A stretch of 64,000 nucleotides of DNA from an uncultured Chloroflexia bacterium (GCA_963768655.1 CAVYIM010000005.1:96001-160000); one strand, 5' to 3'; counted from the first letter of the stretch, positions 41,849-52,937 are shown. Numbers and translations are program-made. Notes: generated by a model from the sequence alone, not told the origin.

Positions 41849-41901
41849 GGCCGGACGAGCCGTCTTCGTCGGGCTTGCCCGCCTGGCTGCCCGCCGTGCC
41901 T

Positions 41902-43065
41902 CTACCTGGTGCGGGCCGGTCCGGATCCGGACGCGTCGCCGACCAGACTGTCGAGGATGGCGTCGGCGGCGGCGTATGGGTCGATCTCGTGAGCCGCCAC
42001 GGAGCGGAGCAACCCGCCGGCGGCCGGGGGCGGTGCCGGCGCGGGGTCCAGCCCGCCACCGGGCCCCGCGGCGACTCCCGTCTCGGCGACTCCCGCCTCG
42101 GCGCCCTCGAGCGCGCGTACGCGCGCGTGCAGCCGATCCACGAGCACGGCCCAGACCTGGGCCTCGGCTCGCTTGAGGCGCGCGGATTCGCCGTCTGAGC
42201 CGCGGGCCGCGGAACGATGCCGGTCGATCGCAGCCAGGAGCGCGGCCACTCCCTCGCCGGTTGCGGCGGTGGTCACCAGCACTTCCGGATGCTTGGGCGC
42301 GGGCCGGCCCGGCCGGGCCTCGCGGGGAGCGTCGGCCAGCATGGCGTGGAGCTGACCGGCCGTTCGGTGGGCCCCCGGTCGATCGCCCTTGTTGACGACG
42401 ATGACGTCGGCCACCTCGAGCAGCCCGGCTTTGATCGCCTGGATCTCGTCGCCCATCTCGGGCGCCTCGACGACGACCGTGGTGTCCGCGGCAGCGGCGA
42501 CCTCGACCTCGCTCTGGCCCGTGCCCACGGTCTCGATCAGCACCACGTCAAAGCCGACGGCGTCGAACACCGCCGCAGCGGCGCTCGTCGCGGAGGAGAG
42601 GCCGCCGGCGTGACCGCGCGACGCCATCGACCGGATGAAGACGTCGGCGTCCGCGGCGTAGGCCTGCATCCGGACTCGATCGCCCAGTACGGCGCCGCCC
42701 GTGATGGGGCTGGAGGGGTCCACTGCCACGACGGCCACCGGCCGGCCGGCGCGGCGAAGCTCCGCGATCAGCGCCGCAACCAGCGTGCTCTTGCCCGCGC
42801 CGGGGGGTCCGGTCACACCGATCAGCTGAGCCCGCCCAGCCCGCGGGTACAGCCGCCGCAGGGCTGCTTCGGCGAGGGGCGTGCGGTTCTCGACGGCCGT
42901 CAGGAGCCGGGCCAGGGCCCGGCGATCGCCGGCGAGCGCCGCCTCGCACAGCAGGTCCGCCCGCTCCACGACCGACCCGCCGGCTGCCTTCGACTCCCCG
43001 GCTGCCTTCGACCCGTCGGCCGCCTTCGACTCCCCGGCCGCCTTCGACCGTCGCGAGCCGGCCAT
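41902..43065 (-). CDS. meaB: Methylmalonyl-CoA mutase-associated GTPase
   Basis: GVTGPPGAGKST, VDPSSP.TGGA.LGDRVRM, ETVG.GQSE and NKGD motifs; N-terminal SKAA(G/D)x repeats. Confidence 0.92.
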   Translation of the reverse strand: MAGSRRSKAAGESKAADGSKAAGESKAAGGSVVERADLLCEAALAGDRRALARLLTAVENRTPLAEAALRRLYPRAGRAQLIGVTGPPGAGKSTLVAALIAELRRAGRPVAVVAVDPSSPITGGAVLGDRVRMQAYAADADVFIRSMASRGHAGGLSSATSAAAAVFDAVGFDVVLIETVGTGQSEVEVAAAADTTVVVEAPEMGDEIQAIKAGLLEVADVIVVNKGDRPGAHRTAGQLHAMLADAPREARPGRPAPKHPEVLVTTAATGEGVAALLAAIDRHRSAARGSDGESARLKRAEAQVWAVLVDRLHARVRALEGAEAGVAETGVAAGPGGGLDPAPAPPPAAGGLLRSVAAHEIDPYAAADAILDSLVGDASGSGPARTR

Positions 43066-43075
43066 CGCCGTCGCC

Positions 43076-43480
43076 CTAGTCCCGCGGCCGGGCGTTGGCG
43101 CGCAGGAAGTCGGCCACCTGGGCGATCGTCGTGCCGGGCCCGAAGACGGCGGCGACGCCCGCCTCCTTCAGCGCCGGAACGTCGTCGTCGGGGATGATCC
43201 CGCCGGCGGCCACCAGGACGTCGCTCATGCCGCGCTCGCGCATCAGGGCGCAGATCCGGGGCAGCAACGTCATGTGCGCGCCCGACAGGATCGACAGTCC
43301 GACGACGTCGACGTCCTCCTGGAGAGCGGCGGTGACGATCATCTCGGGGGTCTGGCGCAGGCCTGTGTATACGACCTCGAAGCCCTCGTCGCGGAGGCCG
43401 CGCGCGAGAACTTTGGCGCCGCGATCGTGCCCGTCGAGCCCGGGCTTGGCGATGAGAACTTTGAGCGGTCGATCGGTCAT
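43076..43480 (-). CDS. Cobalamin-binding subunit of an acyl-CoA mutase
   Basis: [25 protein letters not shown] and FGPGT motifs. Confidence 0.93.
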   Translation of the reverse strand: MTDRPLKVLIAKPGLDGHDRGAKVLARGLRDEGFEVVYTGLRQTPEMIVTAALQEDVDVVGLSILSGAHMTLLPRICALMRERGMSDVLVAAGGIIPDDDVPALKEAGVAAVFGPGTTIAQVADFLRANARPRD

Positions 43481-43518
43481 GGCCGAATGATAGCGGCGCC
43501 GGCCGGCCGCTTGAGCGC

Positions 43519-44235
43519 TCAAACCCTGGGCACGGCCCGTTCCAGATGGGCCATGAACTCGTCCCGGGTCTCCTTCGTGGTCCGGAACACTCCCAGGACG
43601 CTGCTCGTGACCATCGTCGCGCCACCCTTCTGGACGCCGCGCATGGCCAGGCACAGGTGCTCGGCCTCGATTACGACACCCACGCCGTAGGGGTTCAGGC
43701 GCTGCTGCAGGAAGTCGGCGATCTGCTGGGTCATGCGCTCCTGGACCTGCAGCCGCCGCGCGTACATCTCCACGACACGCGGAATCTTGGAGAGCCCGAT
43801 GACGCGCCCTCGCGGCAGATAGCCCACGGAGGCGATCCCAAAGAACGGCAGCATGTGATGCTCGCACAGCGAGTAGAAAGGAATCCCTTTGATCACGACC
43901 ATCTCGCTGTAGCCGACGTCGAAGACGGCGCCGTTGATCAGCCGATCCGGGTCGACGCGGTAGCCGCACGTCAGCTCGAGCCACATCTTGTGCATCCGCT
44001 CCGGCGTGCGGAGCAGCCCCTCGCGCTCGGGATCCTCGCCGATCTCGGTGAGGATCTGGCGAACCGCCTGCTCGATGCCGCCGTCGGTCGTCCGAGTGCC
44101 GGCCGGGCGGCCCGCTGCCGACTCGGCCGCCGCCGCCGGTCCGCCGTCCTCGCCCGCCTCGATCTCCTCGACGAACTGGCGCATGTGCGCCTCGAGTTCG
44201 CTTCGATCTGTCGTGTCGGGCTGGTCGGGGGGCAT
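43519..44235 (-). CDS. folE: GTP cyclohydrolase I
   Basis: [37 protein letters not shown] and HLC..MRG motifs. Confidence 0.96.
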   Translation of the reverse strand: MPPDQPDTTDRSELEAHMRQFVEEIEAGEDGGPAAAAESAAGRPAGTRTTDGGIEQAVRQILTEIGEDPEREGLLRTPERMHKMWLELTCGYRVDPDRLINGAVFDVGYSEMVVIKGIPFYSLCEHHMLPFFGIASVGYLPRGRVIGLSKIPRVVEMYARRLQVQERMTQQIADFLQQRLNPYGVGVVIEAEHLCLAMRGVQKGGATMVTSSVLGVFRTTKETRDEFMAHLERAVPRV

Positions 44236-44329
44236 CGGCTACTCCTTCCTCGCCATCGTACGCCGGATGCCGGCGCAGTGGCCGGGTCGCGGTTCTCCGC
44301 CCCGAAGTCGTGGGCCGTAGCATATGGGC

Positions 44330-44749
44330 ATGCCCAACCCGCCCGGAAGGAAACCGCGCCGGCGTCGTCCCGCCGCCCGCGCCATGAGCGCGCGCCAGTT
44401 CCAGGATCTCGTTGAACGTGCCCTCGATGCGATCCCTGCGCCGTACTCGCGCGCCCTCGACGAGGTCGTGGTCGTGGTGGAGGACGAGCTTTCGCCCGCG
44501 CAACGCCGCGAGTCAGGCCTGGGCCCGGGCGACGACCTGTACGGGCTATTCGAAGGTGTGCCCCGGACCGAATGGGCCGCCGACTGGGCGATGATCCCGA
44601 ACAAGATCACGCTCTTTCGGTTCGCCCTCGAGGAGGACTTCCCCGATCCGGTCGAGCTCGAGCACGAGGTCCGAGTAACGGTCCTCCACGAGCTGGGCCA
44701 CTACCTGGGCATCGACGACGATCGCCTGCACGAGCTGGGCGCATACTGA
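44330..44749 (+). CDS. Zincin-like metallopeptidase (DUF1025 family)
   Basis: LYGLFEGVP...P.KITLF...[17 protein letters not shown]. Confidence 0.85.
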   Translation: MPNPPGRKPRRRRPAARAMSARQFQDLVERALDAIPAPYSRALDEVVVVVEDELSPAQRRESGLGPGDDLYGLFEGVPRTEWAADWAMIPNKITLFRFALEEDFPDPVELEHEVRVTVLHELGHYLGIDDDRLHELGAY

Positions 44750-44756
44750 GGTGCGG

Positions 44757-45779
44757 CTACTCCACCGCCGCCGGGATCTCGAGTGGCGCCGCGCCCGCCA
44801 GCAATTCGCCGAGCCGCCCCGTTTCGACGTTGCCGCCGCTGAAGACCACGCAGACCCGATCGCCGTCGTGGATCGGGACCTCGCCGAACAGCACCGCCGC
44901 CAGCGCGGCGGCCCCGGCCGGCTCCACGAGCTGCTTCATCCGCTCCAGCGCGAAGCGCACCCCGGCCAGGATCGTGGCGTCGTCGATGAGGGCGATCCCG
45001 TCCAGGTAGCGTCGGGCCATGGCCATCGTCCACTCCCCTGCGAACGGCGAGCCCAGGCCGTCGGCCACCGACGCAGGCTGGATCGGCACGATCTCGCCGC
45101 GCTCCAGGGCGAGCGACAGGGCGTTGGACTTCTCGGGTTCCACGCCGTAGACACGCACGCCGGGCCGGGTCTCCTTGATCGCGGCCGCGGTCCCGGTGCA
45201 GAGCGCCCCGCCGCCGATCCCCGCGACCACGACGTCAACTTCGGGCAGGTCGTCGAGGATCTCCAGGCCGATCGTCCCCTGCCCGGCGATGATCAACGGA
45301 TCGTCGAACGGGGGCACGAACGTGAGCCCGCGCTCGGCCTGGACCTCATCCATCCGCTTCCACGTCTCGCCGACATGCTCGCCAAAGAGAATCACCTCGG
45401 CGCCGTAGCCGCGGCACGCGTCGACCTTCGAGCGGACCGCGCAGGCCGGCATCATGACGACGGCGTGGACCCCGGCCTCGTGGGCGGCCAGCGCCACTCC
45501 CTGGGCGTGGTTGCCGGCTGAGAGCGTGATGACGCCCGCCGCTCGTTCAGCCGCGGAGAGGGCTGCCATCTTGTTGAGCGCGCCGCGGATCTTGAAGGCG
45601 CCCGTCTTCTGGAGATGCTCCGCCTTGGCGTAGACGCGGCCGTCGGCCACCCGAACGCCGCGCGCCGCGAGCACCCGGGCGGCAGTCGACGAGGCCAGAA
45701 TGGGCGTGCGAGCGATGCCCCCGTCGAGGACGCGCCGGGCTTCGTGGAATCGTTCGAGCGGGACGATGCGGTCGGGCAT
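44757..45779 (-). CDS. PLP-dependent threonine/serine dehydratase
   Basis: KAEHLQKTGAFKIRGA, SAGNHAQG, GGG loop and SGGN motifs. Confidence 0.92.
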   Translation of the reverse strand: MPDRIVPLERFHEARRVLDGGIARTPILASSTAARVLAARGVRVADGRVYAKAEHLQKTGAFKIRGALNKMAALSAAERAAGVITLSAGNHAQGVALAAHEAGVHAVVMMPACAVRSKVDACRGYGAEVILFGEHVGETWKRMDEVQAERGLTFVPPFDDPLIIAGQGTIGLEILDDLPEVDVVVAGIGGGALCTGTAAAIKETRPGVRVYGVEPEKSNALSLALERGEIVPIQPASVADGLGSPFAGEWTMAMARRYLDGIALIDDATILAGVRFALERMKQLVEPAGAAALAAVLFGEVPIHDGDRVCVVFSGGNVETGRLGELLAGAAPLEIPAAVE

Positions 45780-45928
45780 GCGGCAAGTATGGCGCCGGAT
45801 GCCGCGCCGGGCCGGGCCCGGCCGGCCACGCCGCAACGCGACGGCGATGCAACCTGGGGCTCGCGTCGAGCATCGATACAGGTAGAGGCAACGGCCGGCG
45901 GCCAATCCGCCGGCTCAGAGGGAGGCAG

Positions 45929-46471
45929 ATGGAGCGAGCGCTCGTCGAGAGAGCCCGATCGGGCGATCGCGCTGCCTTCGATGCCGTCGTCCGCAGCCGG
46001 ATCGATGCCGTGTACCGCACCTCGCTCGCGATCCTTGGCGCAGAGGCCGACGCCGCCGACGCGACGCAGGAGACCTTCGTCTCGGCCTGGTGCCATCGTG
46101 AAGCCCTGCGCGATCCGGACCTCTTCGACGCCTGGCTCGGGCGCATCAACTTGAACGCCTGCCGGGCGCAGCTCCGGCGTCGGGGTCGAACCGGCGTGCG
46201 CGAGCTTCGACTGCCGGAGCCCGAAGAAGGCCGTGAGCCGGCCTCGACCGAACCCGCCCTCGACGACCGAACGGCCGACGCCGAAGTCTTCGATCGAGCC
46301 TTCGCCCGCCTGTCGGTCGACGACCGCGCCGTGCTCGTTCTGCATCACCTGCAGGAGCGATCGGTCGCCGAGATAGCGACGGCCTTCGGCGCGGCCGAGG
46401 GAACGATCAAGTCCCGACTCCACCGCGCCCGCGCGGCGCTCGAGTCGGCGCTGGCGAAGGAGTCGCGATGA
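45929..46471 (+). CDS. ECF RNA polymerase sigma factor
   Basis: Region 2 (DAADATQETF..AW...F.AWL) and region 4 (EIA...GTIKSRLHRAR). Confidence 0.93.
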   Translation: MERALVERARSGDRAAFDAVVRSRIDAVYRTSLAILGAEADAADATQETFVSAWCHREALRDPDLFDAWLGRINLNACRAQLRRRGRTGVRELRLPEPEEGREPASTEPALDDRTADAEVFDRAFARLSVDDRAVLVLHHLQERSVAEIATAFGAAEGTIKSRLHRARAALESALAKESR

Positions 46472-48952
46472 ACGACCAGCCGCTTCCCATCGACTCGGCG
46501 CTCCGCGAGCAGCTGGCGCGTCGTTCGGCCGGACGGCTGCCCGAAGGGCTCCTGGCCGGCGTGTCGGCCGCGCTCGATGCGGCCGCGGCACCGCGCGTCG
46601 CTCGATCGCCGCGGCTGGCCTGGCGCATTCCGCGACTGGTCGCGGCCGCGATGGGCCTGGCGCTCGTTGCCACTCTCGCGGTCGCCATCGCGCTCCCGGA
46701 GTTCCGGGGCGGACCGGCGACCCCGCTCGCCGGCTACCCGACAGACCGCGCTCTCACGACCGCCGAGCTGGCCGCGCTCCTGGCCGGCCCGCCGCTCGCA
46801 ATCAACACACCGCTGGTCGTCTCCGCCACGATCGACGTCCGCTCCGACGTCTGCCCGATGAACCGCTACCCGACGGCGGGCGTAATCGACGGCATGGACC
46901 CGCAGGTCTGCGTGATGCAAGGCGGCCTGCCGCCCATGCTCACAGGAACGAAGGCTACCGGGACGTTCGCGCTGCGGTACCTCGGCGCGCGGACGTTCGG
47001 ACTCCTGGGCGAGATCACGCCGGCGTCCTCATCGAAGCTGGCCTTCCATGTGGCCGACGACTGGCCGCTCACCGGCAAGACGTTCCTCGTCGACGGCTGG
47101 CTTGGAGCAAATGTCAACCCTGCGCCATGCGCCTCGGAGGAATCCGTCTCCTATGGGGATCCGCTCGACCCGACCGGCAACGCTTGCGGGCACGAATACT
47201 GGCTGGCGGACGACCCCACGGCATACCCTTCCGAGTCGACCGCGATGCCAGTCCCGCCCACAGGAGCCCGGGCGGTGGGAGCGTACGGCATGAGCTTCTT
47301 CGACTCGGTGCCGGACAATGCCCTGATCCACGGCGTCTTCGTCGTCCGCAGCGTGGTCGAGCAGTGCCCGAGCGCGCCGCCCCAGAGTAACGTCGGCTGC
47401 AGCGCGTGGCTGGTGCTCGCGAAGCTCGCCGACATCGCGTTGCCCGAGCCGACCGCGCCGCCGACCGCCGCTCCAACCGCAACACCGACCGCCGGCTACC
47501 CGGCGGATCGGGCCCTGACTACCGCCGAGCTTGCTGCGCTGATGAGCGGACCGGCACTGCCCACGGACACCGCCCTCGTCGCCGCGGTCACGATCGACGC
47601 CAGGACCGACGTCTGCCCGATGAACCGCTACCCGACCATCGGAGTCATCGACGGCATCGAATTCGCAGGTCTGCGTGATGGGCGCCGGAGTGTACGCCTT
47701 CCTGACGACCGCCAGCGAGACCGGTACCTTCGCCTTTCGGTTTCTCGCCCCCGGCATCCTGGGCCTGCTCGGCGAGATCACGCCGGCCTCTACTTCGCAG
47801 TTGACCTTCAAGGCCTCTGACGCCTGGCCGACCGTGGGCAGCACGTTCCTGGTCGACGGCTGGCTATACGACATGAATGGCTGGAACGGCTTCCCCCGGG
47901 TATCGGGGTCCGTCCAGTACGTTTGCCCCGACAATACTCCTGAGCCCGCAGGCGATCCGCTCGACCCCACCGGCTCAGACTGGTGCATCTACACGTGGCT
48001 CGGCAATTCGAGCGCCGGACCATCCTTCCCATTCGGCCCCGAGGACGCCCGACCCGTCGAGGCCGCCGGAATGGTCCAGATCGACGCCATCCCGACCGCC
48101 ACTGCCGTCTACGGCACATACGTAGTGCGAACGGTGAGCGAGCAGTGCCCCCATGCTTCGTCCGGGGACACTCGTAACTGCGGGCGTATTCTTGCCAGGG
48201 TGGCGGACACGCTGAACCTGACGCCGAGCGTCGCGACTCTGACGCCCACTCCGACGCCCACACCGACGCCGGCGGTCGCTCCGACGCCGACGGCCACGCC
48301 GGCGGACGCTCCGTCGGCCACTGTGACGCCGGTCGCCCTTCCGACCGGCTCGGCCGACCAGGCGCCCATCGGCCTCATGGGCTCGGGCAATCGCCCGTTC
48401 AACGCGGGTGAGTTCGCCACGCTGTGGGCCGCCGACCCGGCGCACCTCGCCGGCCGCATCGTGATCGTCAAGGGACCGGTTCCGACGGGCTTCGAGTGCT
48501 GGTCCGCCGGCGCGGCCGACGCGGCGGTGCCGTCGCCGGCCTGCCACCTCGCGATCCTCGACGGCTGGGTTGCCCAGGAAGGCTACTGGGCAGTGCGTGT
48601 CGGGGCGGACGGCAAGCTGGCGATCGTCGGCCAGATCGCGACAACGCAGGGCAGCTTCGTCTTCACGCTCGAACAGGCCGTGGCGGCCTGGGACGGGTCG
48701 GCCTGGGGCGATCTGCTGATCGTGGACGCCTCACTCTATTGGACGAACGATTGCAGGTGGTCCACGGAACCTTCGGCCATCGCCTGCTCCACGTCGGTGC
48801 TCAGCTCCGAGAACGTCGAGCAACAAGTCCAGCCGGATGATGCCTATCAGCTCTTCGGATCGAACGTCGTCGGTCAGGCCATCGAGGGCCTCTACCTGGT
48901 CGACAGCAAGACCGGGACGATCCTGGCCCGGCTCGAAGCGGCGACGCCGTAG
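46468..48952 (+). CDS. Putative anti-sigma membrane protein with duplicated Cys-containing extracellular domains (frameshift ~47662)
   Basis: ATGA-coupled to the sigma; one TM helix; repeated GYP.DRALTTAELAAL...DVCPMNRYPT unit. Removing one base at ~47662 joins ORFs 46468 and 47675 (GIE-SQVCVM, matching GMD-PQVCVM). Confidence 0.75.
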
Positions 48953-49055
48953 CGGGCAACTCGGCCTCCGGCGTCGTGCCTATGGCGGTAACATTCGGGC
49001 ACACCGTCGCCAGCCGCGAAGCTGGTCCAGCCGCAGCCACTCAGGAGTGGGTCGA

Positions 49056-49676
49056 ATGCCGGGCTTCACCCCGTTCACCAGCAACTACGAAGATCTCTCG
49101 ACGAACCAGGGCTACCAATTCGAATTCCGCTGCGACATCTGCGGCAGCGGTTACCGCAGCCAGTACGAGAAGAACCTTCTCGGAACCGGCGCCTCGATCC
49201 TCGGCGGCGCAAGCAATCTCATCGGCGGGCTGTGGGGAGCACGCAACGCGGCCGACAGCGCTCAGCAGATCACCGACCGCGACGCCCGCGACAAGGCCCT
49301 CCAGAAGGCCTCCAACGAGATCATGCCGCTGTTCCACCGCTGCGTTCGGTGCAACAAGTGGGTGGACGAGACCTGCTTCAACAAGGCGCGCGGCCTGTGC
49401 GTCAGCTGCGCCCCCAACCTGGCCGCGGAGATGGAAGCCGAGCGCTCCTCCGTCGAGATCGATCAGATGCGCCAGGCCGTCCAGGCGCAGCAGGTCTTCT
49501 CGGGCGACGTCAGCGCCCGCGCCACCGAATGCCCCAACTGCGGCAAGCCGGTCGGCAGCGAGAAGTTCTGCGGCAACTGCGGCACGCCACTGGGAGTTTC
49601 GAAGTGCTCCAAGTGCGGCGCCGAGCTGGCAGCCGACGCGCGCTTCTGCGGCAACTGCGGCAACAAGGTCGGCTAG
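49056..49676 (+). CDS. Multi-zinc-ribbon protein
   Basis: Seven CxxC motifs including a C-terminal double zinc ribbon (FCGNCG); SD AGGAG upstream. Confidence 0.85.
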   Translation: MPGFTPFTSNYEDLSTNQGYQFEFRCDICGSGYRSQYEKNLLGTGASILGGASNLIGGLWGARNAADSAQQITDRDARDKALQKASNEIMPLFHRCVRCNKWVDETCFNKARGLCVSCAPNLAAEMEAERSSVEIDQMRQAVQAQQVFSGDVSARATECPNCGKPVGSEKFCGNCGTPLGVSKCSKCGAELAADARFCGNCGNKVG

Positions 49677-49724
49677 GTCGACGCGGGGCGCCAGCCCTGG
49701 CAGCACCGGGCGGTCCGCGTGCCC

Positions 49725-50023
49725 CATTCGCTACGGATATGAGCGCGACCGGTTCGGGCGGGCGCGAGAGCGCGGCGCGGCGCGGTCATTCGCTACGGGT
49801 ATGAGCGCGACCGGTTCGGGCGGGCGCGACAGCGCGGCGCGGCGCGGCGCGGTCATTCGCTACGGGTATGAGCGCGACCGGTTCGGGCGGGCGCGACAGC
49901 GCGGCGCGGCGCGGCGCGGTCATTCGCTACGGATATGAGCGCGACCGGTTCGGGCGGGCGCGACAGCGCGGCGCGGCGCGGCGCGGTCATTCGCTACGGG
50001 TATGAGCGCGACCGGTTCGGGCG
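49725..50023. repeat. Intergenic tandem repeat, 62-67 bp unit, about 4.5 copies
   Basis: CATTCGCTACGGRTATGAGCGCGACCGGTTCGGGCG starts at 49725, 49787, 49854, 49921 and 49988. Confidence 0.95.
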
Positions 50024-50083
50024 TCGGGCCGAGCAGGAGGCGGGGGCGTGGGCGCCGGAAGGCAGCCCGGCGTCTCCGGCTGC

Positions 50084-50506
50084 TCAGCCGGCCGCGGACC
50101 TGCGCCCGCGGCGCCACAGGGTGAGGCCGAGCGCCACCATGGCCAGCCCGACGACGAAGTAGATCGGTTCGACAATCGATCGCGGGCTGGTGCTGGCCGT
50201 GTTCTGGTTGAGCACCCCCAGCTCGCCGACGATCCAGCCGACGAGCACCAGGCCGGCAGCGACCGACACCTGCGCGCCGGCGCGTGGGAATCGGGCGGTG
50301 GCCAACGCCGCCATAGCGGCGCTGCCGCCGACCAGCACCGCCAGGATCGCGCCGGGCAGGACGTAGTCGTGAAACGGCGACCCGGCCAGCCACTCGCGGG
50401 GGAACTGGTCGGCGTCGAGGGCCACGGCAACTCCGCCGATGACCGCCGAAACGGCCGCGGAGAGATCGACCACGAACAGGGCGAAGCGGATGCGGCCAGA
50501 TCCCAA
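50084..50506 (-). CDS. Hypothetical 4-TM membrane protein
   Basis: Hydrophobic helices with a WL.GSPF.DY..PG motif. Confidence 0.7.
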   Translation of the reverse strand: MGSGRIRFALFVVDLSAAVSAVIGGVAVALDADQFPREWLAGSPFHDYVLPGAILAVLVGGSAAMAALATARFPRAGAQVSVAAGLVLVGWIVGELGVLNQNTASTSPRSIVEPIYFVVGLAMVALGLTLWRRGRRSAAG

Positions 50507-50626
50507 AGGCTGACTCCGTTGCTAGAGCGGCAGCGGCTGACGTCGGCGGCCTGGTCCGGCGGCGGGCGTCGTCCGGCCGGCGGTCCGGCAGGTCGTCCGG
50601 CCGGGTCGTCCGGGCGGCGGTCCGGC

Positions 50627-51052
50627 TCAGCCGGCCATCGTCCCGCAAATCGTGCAGAAGCGAGCGCCGGCGGGAAGCGGCGCCCCGCAGCCGGAACACT
50701 TGCCGGCGGGCGCCGGCGGAGGGGCAGCCGGCTGGGCCGCGGCCGGAGCGGGAGCCGGGGCGGCGGGTGGTTGCGGAGCCGGGGGGGCGGCCGGCGGGGG
50801 TGGAGCAGCCCGGCCGAGGGCACCAGTGGTGGTCGCCGCACCGGTGGTGGCAGTACCGGTCCCCGGAGGCGGTGCCACCAGCGAAGCGCCGCACGATGGG
50901 CACACGACCCACGCCGGATCCTCGACGATCTTCCGGCACGTGGGGCAGCGCTTCGGCGAGAACGGCTCGACCTGACCGCAGAACGGGCACGCCGCCGAGA
51001 TCCGGTCGATGAACTTGCCGCAATACGGGCACGGGTGCTTGAAAGTCGGCAT
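50627..51052 (-). CDS. Zinc-ribbon domain protein
   Basis: Six CxxC motifs with a Pro/Ala linker. Confidence 0.85.
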   Translation of the reverse strand: MPTFKHPCPYCGKFIDRISAACPFCGQVEPFSPKRCPTCRKIVEDPAWVVCPSCGASLVAPPPGTGTATTGAATTTGALGRAAPPPPAAPPAPQPPAAPAPAPAAAQPAAPPPAPAGKCSGCGAPLPAGARFCTICGTMAG

Positions 51053-51064
51053 CGTCCGCTCCTA

Positions 51065-52744
51065 TCAGCTGGCTGTGCCCGAAGGCTTCGAATTGGTTGC
51101 GGCGGCCTCGCCGGGAGCCGCGGCCTCGGCGGCCGTCGTCGAGCCCGGGGCGGCGTCTTCGGGCGTGGCGTCAGGCTCGCCTCCGCCGTCGCCTCCGCCG
51201 TCGCCTCCGTCATCGCCACCGCCGTCGCCGCCCGCGGCGGAGATCTGCGCTTCCTGGGCCGCGCGGCCCGGCCACTCGGCCGCCTCGTCCCGCGCCGAAC
51301 CGTGCCAGCGGATCAGATCCGCCACGGCCGCCGACCAGCTGGCCGGGTCGCGGTGGACGATCCGGGCCACGAAACGCGTCCGCGCCCAGGCCAGGCTCGG
51401 CAGCACCGCCAGGGCGAGCCGGTAGCGCAGGTATTGCGGCAGCCGCAGCTGATCGGCGGGCAGGGCCATCGGCTCGCGCAGGAAGCGGATGTCGACCAGC
51501 GCCTCGCTGACGTCCCGGACAGCCTGCTCGGCCGCGATGCCCAGCTGCTCCGGCGGCTCGCCCCTGTACTGGGTTCTCGGCATGACGCGGAAGAAGTAGG
51601 TGGCGTGGGCTCCGGCGGTGACCAGCTCCAGCGCGACCAGGTTGCCCGGCATGGCGATCAGGAACCAGATCTTGTTGGTGTCGCTGCCCGGATCCACCGG
51701 CGACATGGCGACCCATCGCGGCGCCGCCGCACCGGCGGTCGAACACAGCGACCTGTAGCTGTCGGCGAAGGTCGGCTCGCCCAGGACCGCGGTCTCGACG
51801 ATCGGCCAGCCCGTGTCGCTGAACTCCTGGGGCCGCGTGGGCCGGCCGTCGACGAGCAGCTCGCCGGCCTTCTGGCGCACGCCAAACGGCGCATCGGGGA
51901 GTAGCTGGTCGACGAACGCGGAGGCGTCGTCGAAGGCACCGTCGCGGAGCTTCAGCAGCGTGTCGTGGAGTCGGGTCGCAGCCTGGCCGAGCCCCCGCAG
52001 CGTGAGCGTGCCGGGCTCGCCGTCCACGACGACGAGGCCGGGCGAAGGCTGCGTCACCGTCGCGATCCCCGCGCGCCGGTAATGAATCCACGTGGCCCGC
52101 TCGTCTACCGGGCAGACCACGAAGCCCCAGGGATGGATCACGAACTGGCCGACGCCGGTCGTCGGCGTCGCGGGCCCATCGGGACCGGGCCCGAGGGGAG
52201 CCATCGTCGGCTGCCATTCGAACTCGAGCAACTCGGCGGGATCGTCGGGCACCTTCACGAGCCCGTCGGTCAGGCGCTGCTTCAGGCGACGCTCGCGCAG
52301 CTCGCGCACGATCGGCCCGAGCTTGTCGCCGAACTGCTCGAGCATCCAGCGCATCGCGTCGGGGCCGTCGCCGAGCACGATGAGCGCTGTCGACTGCGAG
52401 ATCGCGATCAGGCTGAGGTCGCGATAGCCGGCGCGAATCGGTCGCCCGCCCCCGACTTCGAGTGTCAGCCCGGTGTCGTCCAGGCTGAGCTTCGCCCCCG
52501 TCAGCGCGGTGTTCGGCCCGGCCGGTCGAGCCTGGCCCTCGTACACCACGACCGTCATCTTGGGCGCCGGACCATCGTGCGCGGCCTCGTCGAGCCCGCC
52601 CGCGCCCATCGGCCCGCGCTGGTCGCCAGCGCCTCCCCGCTGCTGAGGCAGGCCGAGCATCCCGGCCACGCCCGCGAGATTCGCGGGACCGCCCCCCTGC
52701 CGCGGGTTTCCTGGGCCGCCCTTGCCGAAGCCGCCGCCATCCAT
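51065..52744 (-). CDS. Hypothetical protein
   Basis: Long ORF with normal composition; start placed at ATG 52744, 6 nt after TACGAT. Confidence 0.75.
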   Translation of the reverse strand: MDGGGFGKGGPGNPRQGGGPANLAGVAGMLGLPQQRGGAGDQRGPMGAGGLDEAAHDGPAPKMTVVVYEGQARPAGPNTALTGAKLSLDDTGLTLEVGGGRPIRAGYRDLSLIAISQSTALIVLGDGPDAMRWMLEQFGDKLGPIVRELRERRLKQRLTDGLVKVPDDPAELLEFEWQPTMAPLGPGPDGPATPTTGVGQFVIHPWGFVVCPVDERATWIHYRRAGIATVTQPSPGLVVVDGEPGTLTLRGLGQAATRLHDTLLKLRDGAFDDASAFVDQLLPDAPFGVRQKAGELLVDGRPTRPQEFSDTGWPIVETAVLGEPTFADSYRSLCSTAGAAAPRWVAMSPVDPGSDTNKIWFLIAMPGNLVALELVTAGAHATYFFRVMPRTQYRGEPPEQLGIAAEQAVRDVSEALVDIRFLREPMALPADQLRLPQYLRYRLALAVLPSLAWARTRFVARIVHRDPASWSAAVADLIRWHGSARDEAAEWPGRAAQEAQISAAGGDGGGDDGGDGGGDGGGEPDATPEDAAPGSTTAAEAAAPGEAAATNSKPSGTAS

Positions 52745-52808
52745 GCCGCCATCGTAGCCGGACGGGCACGAATCCGCGCCGCCGGCACGGCACTCCCGGC
52801 CCCGGCGC

Positions 52809-52892
52809 CGCCGATCCGCGGCCGACGCCAGCGCCACGAACCGCCCGCCGATCCGCGGCCGACGCGCGCGCCACGAACCGCCCGCCAATCCG
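52809..52892. repeat. 37-bp tandem duplication in a divergent intergenic region
   Basis: CGCCGATCCGCGGCCGACGC..GCGCCACGAACCGCC twice, plus a partial copy. Confidence 0.75.
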
Positions 52893-52937
52893 CCAGGCGC
52901 GATGACATCCGGAGCTTGACGGATCGACCGGCTTGCT

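Noticed and set aside
43481-44503. Long N-terminal extension of the B12-binding protein
   Set aside because: It overlaps folE in another frame; the real start is ATG 43480 after TATCAT.
49725-50023. CRISPR array (36-bp repeats with ~30-bp spacers)
   Set aside because: The spacers are nearly identical to each other, and there is no AT-rich leader or cas gene in the window; it is a tandem repeat.
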